In this document: piece by piece, positions 13,004 through 25,700 of the stretch
How positions within the stretch are numbered: the stretch's first letter is position 1
How the letters are laid out: each line of letters begins with the position of its first letter
Assembly: GCA_030704615.1 (NCBI GenBank)
Contig: CM060734.1
Coordinates: 34,720,001 to 34,784,000 of the forward strand
From: Takakia lepidozioides
Lineage: Eukaryota; Plantae; Bryophyta
Direction of reading: 5' to 3'
DNA length: 64,000 nucleotides
Notes under the pieces: model-generated
Seen by the model: the letters and a program-made list of their open reading frames with translations, nothing else
Databases searched by the model: none
What the model was told of the DNA's origin: nothing
Translations under genes and position numbers: made by a program

Positions 13004-15011
13004 AGAAAAGCTATAGTTTGTCATTTACCCTTTTGTTATTTACCCTCCAAAAACAAAATTTACCCGTGTGTAAAGGGTATATGGATTGTATTTACCCTTC
13101 AGACGGGTAAGGATAAAGGTATCTCAGATTATTTACCCGTCTGAAGGGTAAGGATAAGGATAAAGAAAATGGGCCAACCCGGGTAAATCATTTATCTTTA
13201 CCCTGATTTACCCGTTGGGTAAGTCCGGGTAAATGATTTACCTGCACAACACTGGTGTACACCGGCTATATCCTGGACCCTGGGTTTTGAACACTGGACC
13301 TACCCCTCTACCTACCATACCAGTCTAAATATGAACTATTTTCATACTCCGCTTGAGACCCGCCACAAGTTGCAAATCTCTAATTGCGAAATAAAGAATA
13401 ATTTGGAAAGCCTAGGTAAAAAGGATGGAGCAATGTTCACCTTACTTGTTTTTGTGCAAGGTGCGAGTCTGGCAAGGCTACCTCGACCCAACAAATTTTT
13501 TCAGTGTATGTGGATGGCACCTTATGGCCCAGGTGCTTTCAGATGGCACATGGCACCTTACACATAAGGTTCCTCCTGTGGAGCACCTTACGGTTTGTAA
13601 GGTTCCTCCTCAAATATAAGCCAATCTAAACCGTCCATTAGATCCAATCCAAGTCTATCCAGGCTTGAAAAGAGTTGTTTGCTGTTTCTTTCACTTTGAG
13701 GGTGCCGTTCCCGAAATCCGTGTCGTACTCGGCTACCTCCTGGTGCAGCGCGCTCCTTCCGGGGACGTCCAGTTCGATCTGGAATTCATAGCATAGCATA
13801 GCATCGTAAAAATACAAAGGGTTATTCCTCCACGTGGAGGTTCTTCTTGTTGACTCTTGTGTAGTCTTTGCAGAGATCGATCACAGAAGTTGACTGTCGT
13901 AACGTCCTTTATGCTCGCAGAATGCATGCAGGTCCTCGTAGTTTATTGCTGTGATCAGAACATGATTGGTGTACCCAAAGGAATTCTGTGCGATTGTGCG
14001 ATTGACTACCGATTTGTGTAACTAGAGACCACGTTTGTGTAATGTGACTATGCGGGCACTGGATTGACTGAGTCTGGAGTAGGCTGAGCCGTAGAAAAAT
14101 ATCGCACACACACAGGTGCTCATATTCTGCAGGGCCAGACTCTCCGTGGAGCTCCAGATTGTGGGCGTTGGGCAGATGGTCGCTTCTGCTAGCAGCTTGG
14201 ACATGCTCCAGTCTAGGTCTTATGGGATCTGTCCATCTCTTTACCTGAAAAGCTCTCACCACGTGGCAACACTAGGGAGTTTTCCTCTCTCTCACAATTC
14301 TCTCGGCTTCCTCTGGGTCTCTCTCATGCACGAGTTCTTCGTTGCGGCGTCTACACGAGGTTCGTTCTTCGATGGACTCTTAAATTTTCTCTTGGGTGAG
14401 TTTGTCGTTTTCCTCGACTGTGGGGTTGGAGGAGTCTGCGCATTGAAGCAAGTTTACCTTGCCAGAGTATCGATTTTGTGTTGTGTCGCCGCGGGATGTG
14501 ATCGGTTCAAATATGTTTGCAAGTCTTAGATCTCCCTCCTCTCCATAATTCTACTGGGGTTGTTATTACTGGAGTTTGTTCTGGAGTCACGTCACTTATA
14601 ATCTCGATCTTCTCCGGGTCTCTCCCCCTTCTGGAACATGTCAGCTTAATTACTTGAAGTTTGCATTTTCTGGAACGGATCTGAGTTGGATCCGTCTATA
14701 TTACACAGAGTCTATAGGACTTAAGTCGAGTCAGCTCTTTGCTTGTGAAGTCTTTGAACTGGAGCACACACACACACACACAGAACTGGAGCAATTTCAG
14801 AATTCTACTTTAGAACTACATGATCGACTATTTGGTCCAGAACTGTACAAGGCAATGTAGAATATCTCGAATTTTGGTTCTGTCAGTATCTCGAACTGAT
14901 TATGTTGATTACGGGTATCTTGGTGATCCACAGCGATGGCTAGCCTATCCGCACAACTCAACGAACTGGACTTGGAAAATTAGATAATTTCAACATAGCG
15001 CGGTATTATGC

Positions 15012-16670
15012 ATGGATGCATTTGTGGAGATGGCCTTCAAGCTGCATACTTCTAGCATGCACCACAAGGGAGCGCACTATGATGTGGGTCCAGTCCCCTC
15101 TTTGGCAAACAAACGGGACAGGATGCGGATCAGCAGGACGGCAGATATGCAGACAGCTCGGCTAATCCTCGCCGATCCACGGTCTTCCCAAGCCTGGCGC
15201 GAGGGTCGGTCGGGGAGGGGCTGGGACGGGCCAAGGCGATCTACGCTTAATATCCATCGTACACCAGGGCGTGCATCCTCCTCCATGCAGTCAGCCGGGT
15301 TGGGTTCAGCCAATGTAGAGGTCGCTCAACCCAATGTAACAGAAGAGTGTGAGGAGACATCGCGAACAATCGCAAAGAAGTGGAGGGAATTCCATGGGGC
15401 CAACGACTGGGAGGGCATCCGGCACCCTTTGCATAAAGATTTGAGAGCGGAGATAATCAGGTATGGTGAGTTTGCGGAGGTCACCTACGATGCTTTCGAT
15501 TATGACATGCACTCCAAGTACTGTGGAAGCTGCAGATACAACAAATCGAATTTGTTCCAGAAAGTGGGTCTCCCTTACACAGGCTATGAGGTCACAAAGT
15601 ACGTCTATGCAACTTCAACTCTTCCATTGCCTTTCTACTTGAGAAAATCAGAAACAGAAGATCCCTGGAGCAAGGACTCCAACTGGATAGGCTATGTGGC
15701 GGTGTGCACAGATGAGAAAGAGATCAAGCGGCTGGGCCGACGTGATATTGTCATTGCCTGGCGTGGCACTGTCACGTCCGTGGAGTGGGTCAGTGACCTC
15801 AAATCTCGGTTAGTCCCTACGGGGTTGGATACCAGGCACAGGGCCGGTAGCACCAAGAACCTGCGAGTGGAAAATGGGTTTTGGAACCTTTACACCTCCA
15901 AGAATGAGAAGACACGTTACAACAAGAGCAGTGCTCGTGAGCAAGTGTTGACAGAGGTCAAGAGAATAGTGGATCTCTACAAGGGCGAGGATCTGAGCAT
16001 TACTGTCACCGGGCACAGCTTAGGCGCTGCCTTGGCTGTGCTGAATGCGTATGACATAGCAGAGTCAGGCATCAATAATCCTACCTGTGAAGCTGCCATT
16101 CCCGAAGACTGGAATGAGCCCACTGAGCGAGCTAAACCTCTCACTGAGGACACCATCCCAGTTGCAGTGGTCTCCTTTGCCGGCCCACGCGTGGGCAACG
16201 ACCCGTTCCGTGATCGCCTCAGCGAGCTGGGTGTGAAGGTGCTGCGCGTAGTGAATGAGAACGATGTTGTGCCCAGAGTGCCTGGCCTGCTCTTGAATGA
16301 GAAATCAAAGCTTATAGAGGATCTCATTGACAAGCTCCCCTGGACATATTCGCACGTTGGTGTGGAGGTGCGTGTGAACGACCGAGCCTCCCCCTTTCTC
16401 AACCACGCGAGGGCAGATATGTATAATCGCCACAACCTCGACATATACCTTCATTTAGTGGATGGTCATCGGGAAAACGGCCAATTCTGCCACACTTCAC
16501 GCGACATTGCTCTAGTGAACAAGACTACAGATTTTCTCAAGGGGTACAAATACATCCCTCCCAGGTGGTGGCAACTCGAGAACAAGGGCCTGGTTAGGAA
16601 CGAAAAAGGAGAATGGGTTCAACAAGAAAGAGACCCCCAGAACATTCCTCCAGGGCATGCTGGCCACTAG
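15012..16670 (+). CDS. Phospholipase A1 class I (DAD1/PLA1-Igamma-like, Lipase_3), intronless
   Basis: 552-aa ORF with WREFHG, YCGSCRY, SNWIGYVAV, RRDIVIAWRGT, the lipase motif TGHSLG, FAGPRVGN, DVVPRVPG, HNLDIYLHLVDG and RDIALVNK. S/R-rich N-terminal extension. Confidence 0.95.
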   Translation: MDAFVEMAFKLHTSSMHHKGAHYDVGPVPSLANKRDRMRISRTADMQTARLILADPRSSQAWREGRSGRGWDGPRRSTLNIHRTPGRASSSMQSAGLGSANVEVAQPNVTEECEETSRTIAKKWREFHGANDWEGIRHPLHKDLRAEIIRYGEFAEVTYDAFDYDMHSKYCGSCRYNKSNLFQKVGLPYTGYEVTKYVYATSTLPLPFYLRKSETEDPWSKDSNWIGYVAVCTDEKEIKRLGRRDIVIAWRGTVTSVEWVSDLKSRLVPTGLDTRHRAGSTKNLRVENGFWNLYTSKNEKTRYNKSSAREQVLTEVKRIVDLYKGEDLSITVTGHSLGAALAVLNAYDIAESGINNPTCEAAIPEDWNEPTERAKPLTEDTIPVAVVSFAGPRVGNDPFRDRLSELGVKVLRVVNENDVVPRVPGLLLNEKSKLIEDLIDKLPWTYSHVGVEVRVNDRASPFLNHARADMYNRHNLDIYLHLVDGHRENGQFCHTSRDIALVNKTTDFLKGYKYIPPRWWQLENKGLVRNEKGEWVQQERDPQNIPPGHAGH

Positions 16671-18003
16671 ATGGGGAGTAGATCTTATCACTCCTGCTTT
16701 TCATGATATCTTCAAAATGCTGAACCCATACTGACGGGATGCAGCTGCAACTCTTTTGTCCGTTTAGTGTGCGCGATCTTTGTCCAACACACTTTCCTCT
16801 CATTATCTGGAGACGACACTATGAAATCAAGTATTCATCCGGTTCCATCTTGGGTCCTCTGGGCCTTCCACAGCAAATTTGACATCAGAGGTTAGTGATT
16901 GTTGTAAGTTGAGGCTTTGAAGATCACCTGCTGGTTGACTATGCTTTCTTCTGGTCCTCCCAACATGCTTATGGAACCTCTGCCGATGCTATTGTTCTTC
17001 AATTTAGTCCATAATTGGGAGTGGTTGTGCACATCTCCAGACTTCAGGTTCTACTATTGATCTGTCCTCCAACTCACAGGTGGAGCTTCACAAAGGGCGG
17101 CAGTCCCAAGAGAAGATCAAATTAGTTCTTCTGCTGTCTTCCAATTGAGATCAAGGGACACCCTACTACCAAACAGGAAATGAAGTCATCAATCAACACC
17201 AACCAGAATTACATCAATTACCAGCTTTGATCAGACATCAGTTCAATCACTCTCGAGTCTGATGCCCTCTCCGGCCTGGGCAGTACCCCGTAACCTATGG
17301 TTCCATCTGTATGGCCTGTAATGTGGATCAATGCCCTTAAAATAACTAAGGAAAATAATCAGCAGGTTTCTATGAATGTGAAGGGTTGGGACTAGCAAAA
17401 GATAAGTAGACATTCCAGACCAGAGATACCACATTGGCAAACGCCACCTGCAACAACCACGCAAGAACAACCCCTCTCCCTTTAGTTACATAATTCTATG
17501 AAATCCTCTCAAGAGTGATTCACTGGCCCTGTCTCTACCAAAAGAGCAAAGGAATTTAGGCTTGATCGACGGAGCATTTGGGCACATTATGTGCTAAGAA
17601 GAGATCAGTAGACTTGCATATCAATCCTTTGTAGCTGTAACAGACCCCATGCACAGTTCAGATGTAGCAGAAGAAAGCGTAGGAGACAACGGGAAAGAAC
17701 AATGGTGGCCACTACCAGCGCTGAAGGCTCTCTCCAGTATTGGAACGTACCTCTTCACATTGTTTCTGGCCTCCCATATTTCCTTCATTGGATGTATGCC
17801 CCAAATATTACACCCCAGCTTTTGACATTTTTATAAGCTACTCAAACTGAGCAAAACGAGTTTAACAGTCTTTAGATGCTTCTAAAGAGGCATCTCCACT
17901 GGAAAACTACCCACTACGATTCGGTATAGGGAAAGTAAAACCTGCAGCTGCTGTGGCACAAAAAGAAAGTTCATGAATTGGAATGGAGTCCAGATCTTCC
18001 AGT

Positions 18004-18184
18004 TTGTGTGAAGGGCTTTCTAGAGGATATCTGGAAACCCAAACTAATTGTCTCTATCAAGGTAAGTCACAGTGCCGGAGTGAGCACCTCACAAAAAGTA
18101 GTACCTGTTCCCTTTTGGTCCGCCCAAACTGGGCACGGGGTCTATGGCCTCAAAGCTACGGTAAACAACGTCTTATGAGTACAT
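18004..18184 (+). mobile_element. Short LINE family A 3' fragment
   Basis: Homologous to 2935-3112; ends ttatgagtacat. Confidence 0.8.
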
Positions 18185-19987
18185 TCTCTTGTTCTCTTGG
18201 TTTGTTCTTGTCATATGGCGCCCCTAAATTCAATGCGGCTGCTCACCACATACCAATCTCACAAAATACCCTCATCCCCAGCATATTTTTGAAGAAAAAT
18301 ACCTTACCCGCTTTCACGAGGACATATGAGCCGATGACAACCTCAGACACAGGCAGCTGTTTTTAAGGGCCAAGGACCCTCTGTAAGCATTATAAGTTTC
18401 TTACATTCTTGTTCTTCTATTGTGTCCAAGGGTCCCCTGTCATTGTGGATTTCCTTCTTTCTTTCTTATTTCTTCCAGCTGAACCCTTCTCATATCCCCT
18501 CATGCTTTACCACACAGCTGAGCACACATGTAAATTGAACATTGTGAGAGGGAGAGGCATAGAGACCTATCAAGGACAAGCCCCATAGCAGCACCTTCAG
18601 CCCCTCCTACTTTCACTATTTTGCTCAAAAATAGGTACCTGTCCCCATCACATGTGCCATGTGTCACATGACAGCAGTAACCTCACTACTGCCATATGTC
18701 CAGGGTAACAAATCACACCCAGATCACGCCATCAGCATAGGGGTTTACAGATTCAACATTCCATGGTGGTTTGGCTGGTAAGTTGAAGCTCCCAATTTGT
18801 TTCACTACCTAATAAAATGGCCAATTTTAGGCCTGATTTTCTATTGCTCTTATCTTTTGGTGGTTGTGCATTTTTCTCCGGTAAGCTCTCTGGGCTTCGC
18901 ATTATGAAATTCATGATGTGTTCCTTTGTTCTGTGTAGCCTCCCTGCGGATGTGGGTGTCATCTTCAATTGATATCTGGTAGAATATGGGTGGTGAGTTA
19001 ATACAATATCTAGTGTTTACCATGAGCAAGGGTTTTGACAATCTGTATCCCATCAAGCATTTTTCTGGTTTTTCAAAACAAACTGCCTCTGCTAGGGATG
19101 GGCAGCCTCCAAAGATAGCAGTATCTCCCTCGGATAGTGTGTGTATGCACAGGAGGAAAGCAAATGCACTTGATGTATTTCTCTGATTCCCGACCTTTTT
19201 TGGGTTGGCATTTGTTGGCTTGCCAAGGCTACAAGGTTTTTAGTTTGTGAAGTCAGTTGTGGAGTGTTTCTCCTTGACTAAGGAAAAAGGCAACAGGGAA
19301 AAGGAGTCAAGATATAGGCTCTACGCATAAAATGTAATGCTTTCCCATACACATTTACCATAGCCTTACCACAGCCCCTTTCAGATGGGTGACAATCTCA
19401 GCGTGAGACTGCCTCTCTGACAGCCAATAAATCAGCGTTCACTTTATTGCAGCTGATTCTAAACAAGTGACAGAAAATATACAAATATATCACTGAATGC
19501 CTACAAATTACAATAATTTTTGCACTATTACCACTGCCACTGCAAGGAGGGGTTTAGGCCCAAGTGGAGGGATCAGTGCCCTGGTAGAGGGAATCCATAC
19601 CATGCATGTAACGTGGGACCCACAATGATTGCTCCAATCACCGTAATCACAGCTGTTCGCTTTGGATTGATTCGCCCTGATTTCTCAATAACTAACTGCA
19701 GACATGCACCCGCACCACAGTTGATAAATCATTTGCCAATTTTTACATGCACCTTTTTGAATCCAGGAGAGACCCAGTCCTATAAAACTACCAGAGTCAG
19801 TAAGAGCATTGTGATGAACTGAAATACTTGGTGAGTCCTCTCCCCTATCAAACAGAACTTAGTGTTTACATCGGTTCTGCCCTGCTCACTGCAAACAACC
19901 AAGAGACATAGTCAAATATGAAGGCCACTGTGACTTCAAAATTCCCTCTCTACAGTACAGCAGAGCTTATCAATTATAAGAGAGAGG

Positions 19988-20782
19988 AAATGAAATGAAA
20001 TGAAATGAAAAGGTACTTTATAATGTCCGCAGAAAGCTCAAAGAGCTTATCGGACAAAGGAAAAAAGAAACAAGAAAGAGACAACAAACCCCCAAAAGCA
20101 ACTACTGCTCAAGGGATTGCCTAAGGGTCAGAGCTTCATGCAGGTAACCTGCCAAGCATTTCTGATCCTCATAATGGAAGACTTCTGTGAGAGATTGAGT
20201 TTCACGGAATAGACAGTTGAATCTCCACGGATCTCACAGTAGAGGAGGCAGTAAAATGAAATGAAATGAAATGGTACTTTATAATGTCTGCGGAAAGCTC
20301 AAAGAGCTTATGGGACAAAATGGAAAAAAACAAGAGAGAGGAGACAAAACCAAAGCCAAAAAACAGCCAAAAAGCAATACTGCTCAAGGGATTGCCTAAG
20401 GGTCAAGGCCTTGTGCAGGTAAGCTGCCAAGCATTTCTGATCCTCATAATGGAAGACTTCAATGAGAGATTGAGTCCCACGGAATAGACAGTGGAATCTC
20501 CCACGGACCTCATAATACAGAGGGCAATAAAAGAAGAAGTGTTCTTCAGTTTTTCCTGGTTGCGCCTGGTGCATGTTGGGCAGAAAGAAAGAAAGAAATG
20601 AAATGAAATGGTACTTTATAATGTCCGCGGAAAGCTTATGGGACAAAATGGAAAAAAACATGAGAGAGGTAACAAAACCAGAGCCAAAAATAAAACTATT
20701 GCTCGAGGGATTGTCTAAGGGTGAAGGCCTCGTGCAGGTAAGCTGCCAAGCATTTCTGATCCTCATAGTGGAAGACTTCAGA
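19988..20782 (-). mobile_element. Three head-to-tail 5'-truncated LINE (RTE-like, family B) 3' ends with (CATTT)n tails
   Basis: Units at ~19988-20250, ~20253-20560 and ~20595-20782 each start (on +) with gaaatgaaatg...gtactttataatgtc. The minus strand encodes EEHFFFYCPLYYEVRGRFHCLF...DQKCLAAYLHKAL, a LINE ORF2 C-terminus. Confidence 0.85.
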
Positions 20783-22792
20783 AAGAAAGAAACATATTAC
20801 ATTCGCTGAAGAGAGTTGACAGACACAGAGAGATTTACACCTGTGTAAAAATGTCTCCCAAAAAATTCACAAGAGCTGCTGTGATAGCCTTTGTTTGTAC
20901 AGGGTATTTACCAAGAAGTGCAATGTACCTGTAATTGACACATGACATTCCTCCTTAGAGTAGTAATTAATAATGTGTGCTACTATCTAATGACAGAGCA
21001 GTTGTGGAGAACAGTGATAACCCTCCTCAGATGTACCCCTTGATCATTCCCTGTGGATGTCAGCTGCACTGTTCCCTGGAGAGCACGCTCACCATGGGAT
21101 ATTCCTGGGGTCTTCCTCCACTACAGGGGTTTTAAGTGAGGGTTATTTTGGGGCTTGCTGTTACATCAAACTAGAGAACGCTGTCTATTCAACCACCGCT
21201 ACTGCAGCACTATGTGCTGTGGTTGTGATTGCAAAGCCAGGCACAACAGTGAGAAAAAGTCAAATTGCTTTGGGAAAGCACAAATGTTGCACAAGTGGAT
21301 GTCATTACAGCAAAACTCACCGTGTAGAACTGAGGTAAGAGAATTTTGTTTGCCAAATATATGACAACAAGTATGCATACACTCAAAATACAAAGAGAAT
21401 AGTGGAGGAAAGGAAAGATGAGGGTCATGCACTCAGAACTAGTGGAGTCCCAAGATTACCCTCTATTCACCAGATGGCATTAACAGTGTTCATTTCTCCA
21501 TTCAAGGATAAATGCCAGCTTACTCTAAATCGTACTGAAATCCAACATCCAAAAGATAACTATCTGCAACAGGTATTTGGCAAGAAAAAATTGTGTACCA
21601 AGACAAAACACCGGAAGAACTATGTGGCACCATCTGTCTGCCGCCATGGCCCTCTCCACCATCCCCATCTGACGCTGTAGCCAAGCTTGTGTAGGGTAAT
21701 TCCCCTGTCTTCACAAGTCCTAGCCCTAATAGTTGTACCCCGCCCATTTTCCACACAAAGGAGAGAAAGAAAAAAATTCTTGTACTTCTTTCAGGGGCAA
21801 TGACCCATAGCCATTTCCGTTTTGAAGTTATGGGATCAAATCCGCTTCCCGAGACGACGATGGTTCCGCAGAATTGCTCTAGAGGACTAATAATGACTAG
21901 AGGATGGAAAATCTTCACGCCCGTTTACGGTAATCCACTTTACTTTAACTGGAAAGGGTCTCTGAAAGCGCGTAATGATGTACGCATTCCGATTGCAGAG
22001 TATCTACAAGGACTCGAAGTAGAGAAACATTCTTCAGCTTAAACTGTGCAATGAAACTCGATCCAAGGCCCTGAACTTATATATACGTTGATGGATTGGA
22101 CGCATATATGTCGGTCTCCGGATTCAGAATCACATACGAAGCGAAAGGAAGTATTCAGGTCTTTTTATTTGGGTCCATAACTCCGTGAAAGCCTCTCACA
22201 TATGCATGACACCATGCAGAAGAACATGACATAATCTGCTAATTCTTAAATCCTGCAGCAGCTGCTATCTTTAGCTAACCATTGTAAGTTGTAGCTTCAT
22301 CAACCTTCGACAGGATTCACCAAGCATCAGCTCTTAAGTAGTTTTAGTTTCCCTCATTCATCATTTGCGATGTAAGAGAGATGAGGAGAGGTATGATTAA
22401 TGCATTTACATGGACTTCTTCCTCGTGATTTTGCCATGGTGATGTAGGGCCTTGCGTTTGCGACTGGAACACCTCCTGCGCTGCAAGTTTTGAACAATCC
22501 TGTTCCAAATCTGAAGAAGGCGAGCTTCTCTCTCAATCTGCACCGTGACCGCAGCTCTGTGTTCCTCCCCCTCGCGTTCACGTTCAAGGGACTATACCTG
22601 TTTGGGTCGTTAACTAACGATTGTGTAGGAGTTTGGTCATCCCTTTGCTATTGGTATTGCGTCTGGCTAGGGTTTAGTAATGGAAATATTATTGATACCA
22701 TTCTTCCCGAGACAAGTCATACACAAAACCCCCGGAAATGCCAAGGCTAAACCCTGGGCATCCCACAAGCTCCGCGTTCCTGGATCTTTTGG

Positions 22793-25700
22793 ATGGCCAT
22801 GGCTGCGAGAGTCACGATGAATCTTGTCTTGCTCGGGTGCGGCGGGGTGGGAAGAGCGCTGCTTCATACGATTATTGGCATCCATAAAATGCATGACAAG
22901 GTACTTCTCTTCTGTCTGTCATTTGACACTAACGACGATCCTCACGTCATTTCCACCATTATACATGTGCTACAAGAAGTCTCTCACCAGCTGAAACCTG
23001 CAATTAACAAGTTACTGTCTAATTTCTGTTCCAGGGTATTGTACTGAATGACACCTGCCAGAAGTAAACTTAAAACGTAAAGAGAGTGATACTAAAGAAC
23101 TGAGTAGCTCAGTGAATACAGAAGTCGTTGTTTGTTGACTTGCTACATTCCTTCCGTACCCCAACCTACCCCCGTATAGTACCATGTGGTTCCCATTCTC
23201 ACTTTCTCAGCTAGCTCTAGAGATGTTCGAAGGTGAATGTAGAAACGATTTTTCCCACCTTAGAGTAATTCTGCTTCCATTTTCTTGAATTGGAAATGTA
23301 TTCCAAAACTGAGAACAGGAAATGACGTTCTGTGGTTGATCGAATTGTATCCGAAGCACTCAGGTCGGATCGATGATACACGCATGAGTAGTGCCGACAG
23401 CCACCTGCAATTTTAATGCAAGCTCAGGGTGGAATACTGCTGATGAGAGAAAAAGGCAGGTTGTGCATCTTGCAGTGGTTGCAGTTTCTGACAGCTCTGG
23501 AATTGTCGTCAATGGGGCCGGAAGGACAGAGCTTGACGATGCAGCATTGGGCAGCATCCTTGATTGGAAGGCTGCTGGCCGTGCGATTACAACCCTGGAC
23601 ATTCCCGGTATCAGACTTGCTCCTCTATCCATTCCTTTTCCTACAATGTGAGCTTGAGTAGCATGCTGGTCAACATCACGGTTATTAGGCAGCCCTCCAG
23701 TCATTACATTGTGTGTGATACATTGTGTGCGATTGCTATGGCAATTTCGGAATGAGTTTTGGACCCTGGCTGGGTAAATTGCGACAACCAGCTCTCGTCA
23801 TGCAGATACTGGGTGCATCTGTCCAGAACTCTCAGCTTGTAATGTGCACGCCCATCTATTGTCCAGATTTTCAGTTGGTGTTGTCCAAATTCATGGCACA
23901 TTCTCAGGTTTAAATGGAAACCTAGCTACAATGAAGAACTTGCAGCACTTGTTACATGTAGCTATGTACAAAATATGGCTGAGTTCAAGCTCTGTTATCT
24001 TTCTACTAGACCTTATCCATAATTTTGTTGTAAAGTGTACATTTTTGGAGAGTTGCAGCTGGAGCTTGGCATGGGTAGTAGCATAGACACTCAGTTGACC
24101 TGGATTAGTCTGTGAGAATCTAATATTATGAAATTTGACCTCACTTGTGTTAGTGGATACGTCGTAAGAATGCTTCAAATATCTCAGGGTAAGGAAAGCA
24201 TTCAACAAGAGCATTTGGTTTTGAACCGGGCTTGTGTTTGCTTGAAGGGCCGAATGTGGAGGTGCGCGATATCAAGTCAAAGGCTCAAACTGACACCTTG
24301 GTTAAGCTTTTGGAAGAATTAGGCAGGGGTTCTGGTAATTCCTGCCTTATCTGTCGTCCATTGTTCTTGATCCATCAAATTTGAAAAGTGAAGGTGGTAA
24401 TCCTCTGAGTGCATTATTAGATTGAGAAACGAAGAGGAAATTAACTACATCACAACAGCGTCGAAATTTTCCAGAATGTGTTTGCTCTCTTCTCAGTTAG
24501 AGAAAGAGAAGATGAGGATGATGTTTTTTACATTCATGGAGAAATGAAATGAAATGGTGCCTTACAACGTCCGCGGAAAGCTCATAGAGCTTAGAGAGAA
24601 GAGAGAAATCTTGTCTCATGGACGAGGCCCAAGCACAGACAGCGAAACATAGAAAAGAAAAAAGTTGTAACACCCACCAGGGTCCTGAGGGACAGAGAAG
24701 AGAATGAAAGAAAGGAAGGAACAACAAATTACGTCCATAGAGGGATGGAGAGACCTTACAGATTGTGTAGCATATCATTTATGAAGCAGCACAGATGTAT
24801 CTGTAATATCAAACTATGCTGATATGTTAAAGGGCCCAAAGGGGCAATTGGTCTCTTTGAGTCAGAGCTTAAAGGCCTCTGTTGAGAGCTGTCAGTCACA
24901 GAGTTGATGAGCACCAGCCTCTGATTTGTTCACTGAGCCTATACAAACAGGCAAGCTCCTCAGAGAAATTTAAAGACCTCCTCTGGCAAGCTAGGAGTTC
25001 TTAAGCTTTTTTGAGCTTCTTGAAGAGGAAATGATAAGAAAAAGTCACCAAACTTTCTACGATTTCATTTTGTTAGTACATGGAGATTTGTGGTCTCTCA
25101 TTTGTTTGGATGAAATCAAATTACTATTTCCAACCAAATCAAAGTTTGAAGTGAGTATCTCTAGAGCTGTAAAACATTTCAGTGTATTGTGCAGGTGTAG
25201 TTGTTGTTGACTGCACTGCAAGTGAGGAGACGGGGGAGGTGCTATGCAAGGCTGTGGATATGGGGCACTGTGTGGTGTTGGCCAACAAAAAACCCCTCTC
25301 TTCCTCTCTTGTATGGACTCTTCCTTCCTTCTTTGTCGATCATTTCTCAATTCAAAGGAAAGCCAATCAGCTCTTAATGAGATGGCCAGCAGCCTTGTGC
25401 ATCCAAATCACTAAAAATCTGAAGATTTACTCATACAGTTGACTTGAGTCTTGTGCCACTTCCATGGTCCATAAACTTCCAGCTCAACACCAGTGTTGCA
25501 AACGCATGATGTAATGGATGAAGTACATGTGACGGCCCTAGATCTTCTGGGATGACTCCATCTCAATTTGGGACCCCCTTCGACTCTAATAAGTGGGCAG
25601 TGTATGTCTTTCAGAGAATTTGTGTTGCAGGTAAACCGTTACAGAGTTTTTGGTCTTGGATAACTTTGCTCCTAGGTTTGTCGTGTGCACTATCCTCTTT

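Larger units (their letters stand above)
7333..13254. mobile_element. Non-autonomous hAT-like DNA transposon (~1.2 kb) hosting the copia insertion
   Basis: TIRs CAGTGTTGTGCGCGTAAAT / ATTTACCTGCACAACACTG (17/19 match), degenerate 8-bp TSD atatacac/gtgtacac, and many subterminal GGGTAA/TTACCC motifs at both ends. Confidence 0.8.
17370..21918 (-). pseudogene. Mpv17/PMP22-family membrane protein (At5g19750-like), probably pseudogene; exons ~21786-21918+, 21599-21704, 20841-20928, 19601-19695, ~18567-18638, 17370-17447
   Basis: Exons give VLSW/YIALLGKYPVQTKAITAALVNFLGDIFTQ/LVIEKSGRINPKRTAVITVIGAIIVGPTLHAW/YLFLSKIVKVGGAEGAAMGLVLD and VAFANVVSLVWNVYLSF. The expected DQ junction reads GATAG|gt (1-nt loss), the FAP...PKL and NW..W..FQ..NF exons were not found, and the upstream exon has an in-frame stop. 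Confidence 0.78.

Noticed and set aside
15077-16444. Antisense ORFs over the phospholipase gene
   Set aside because: Codon-bias shadows of the real + strand CDS.
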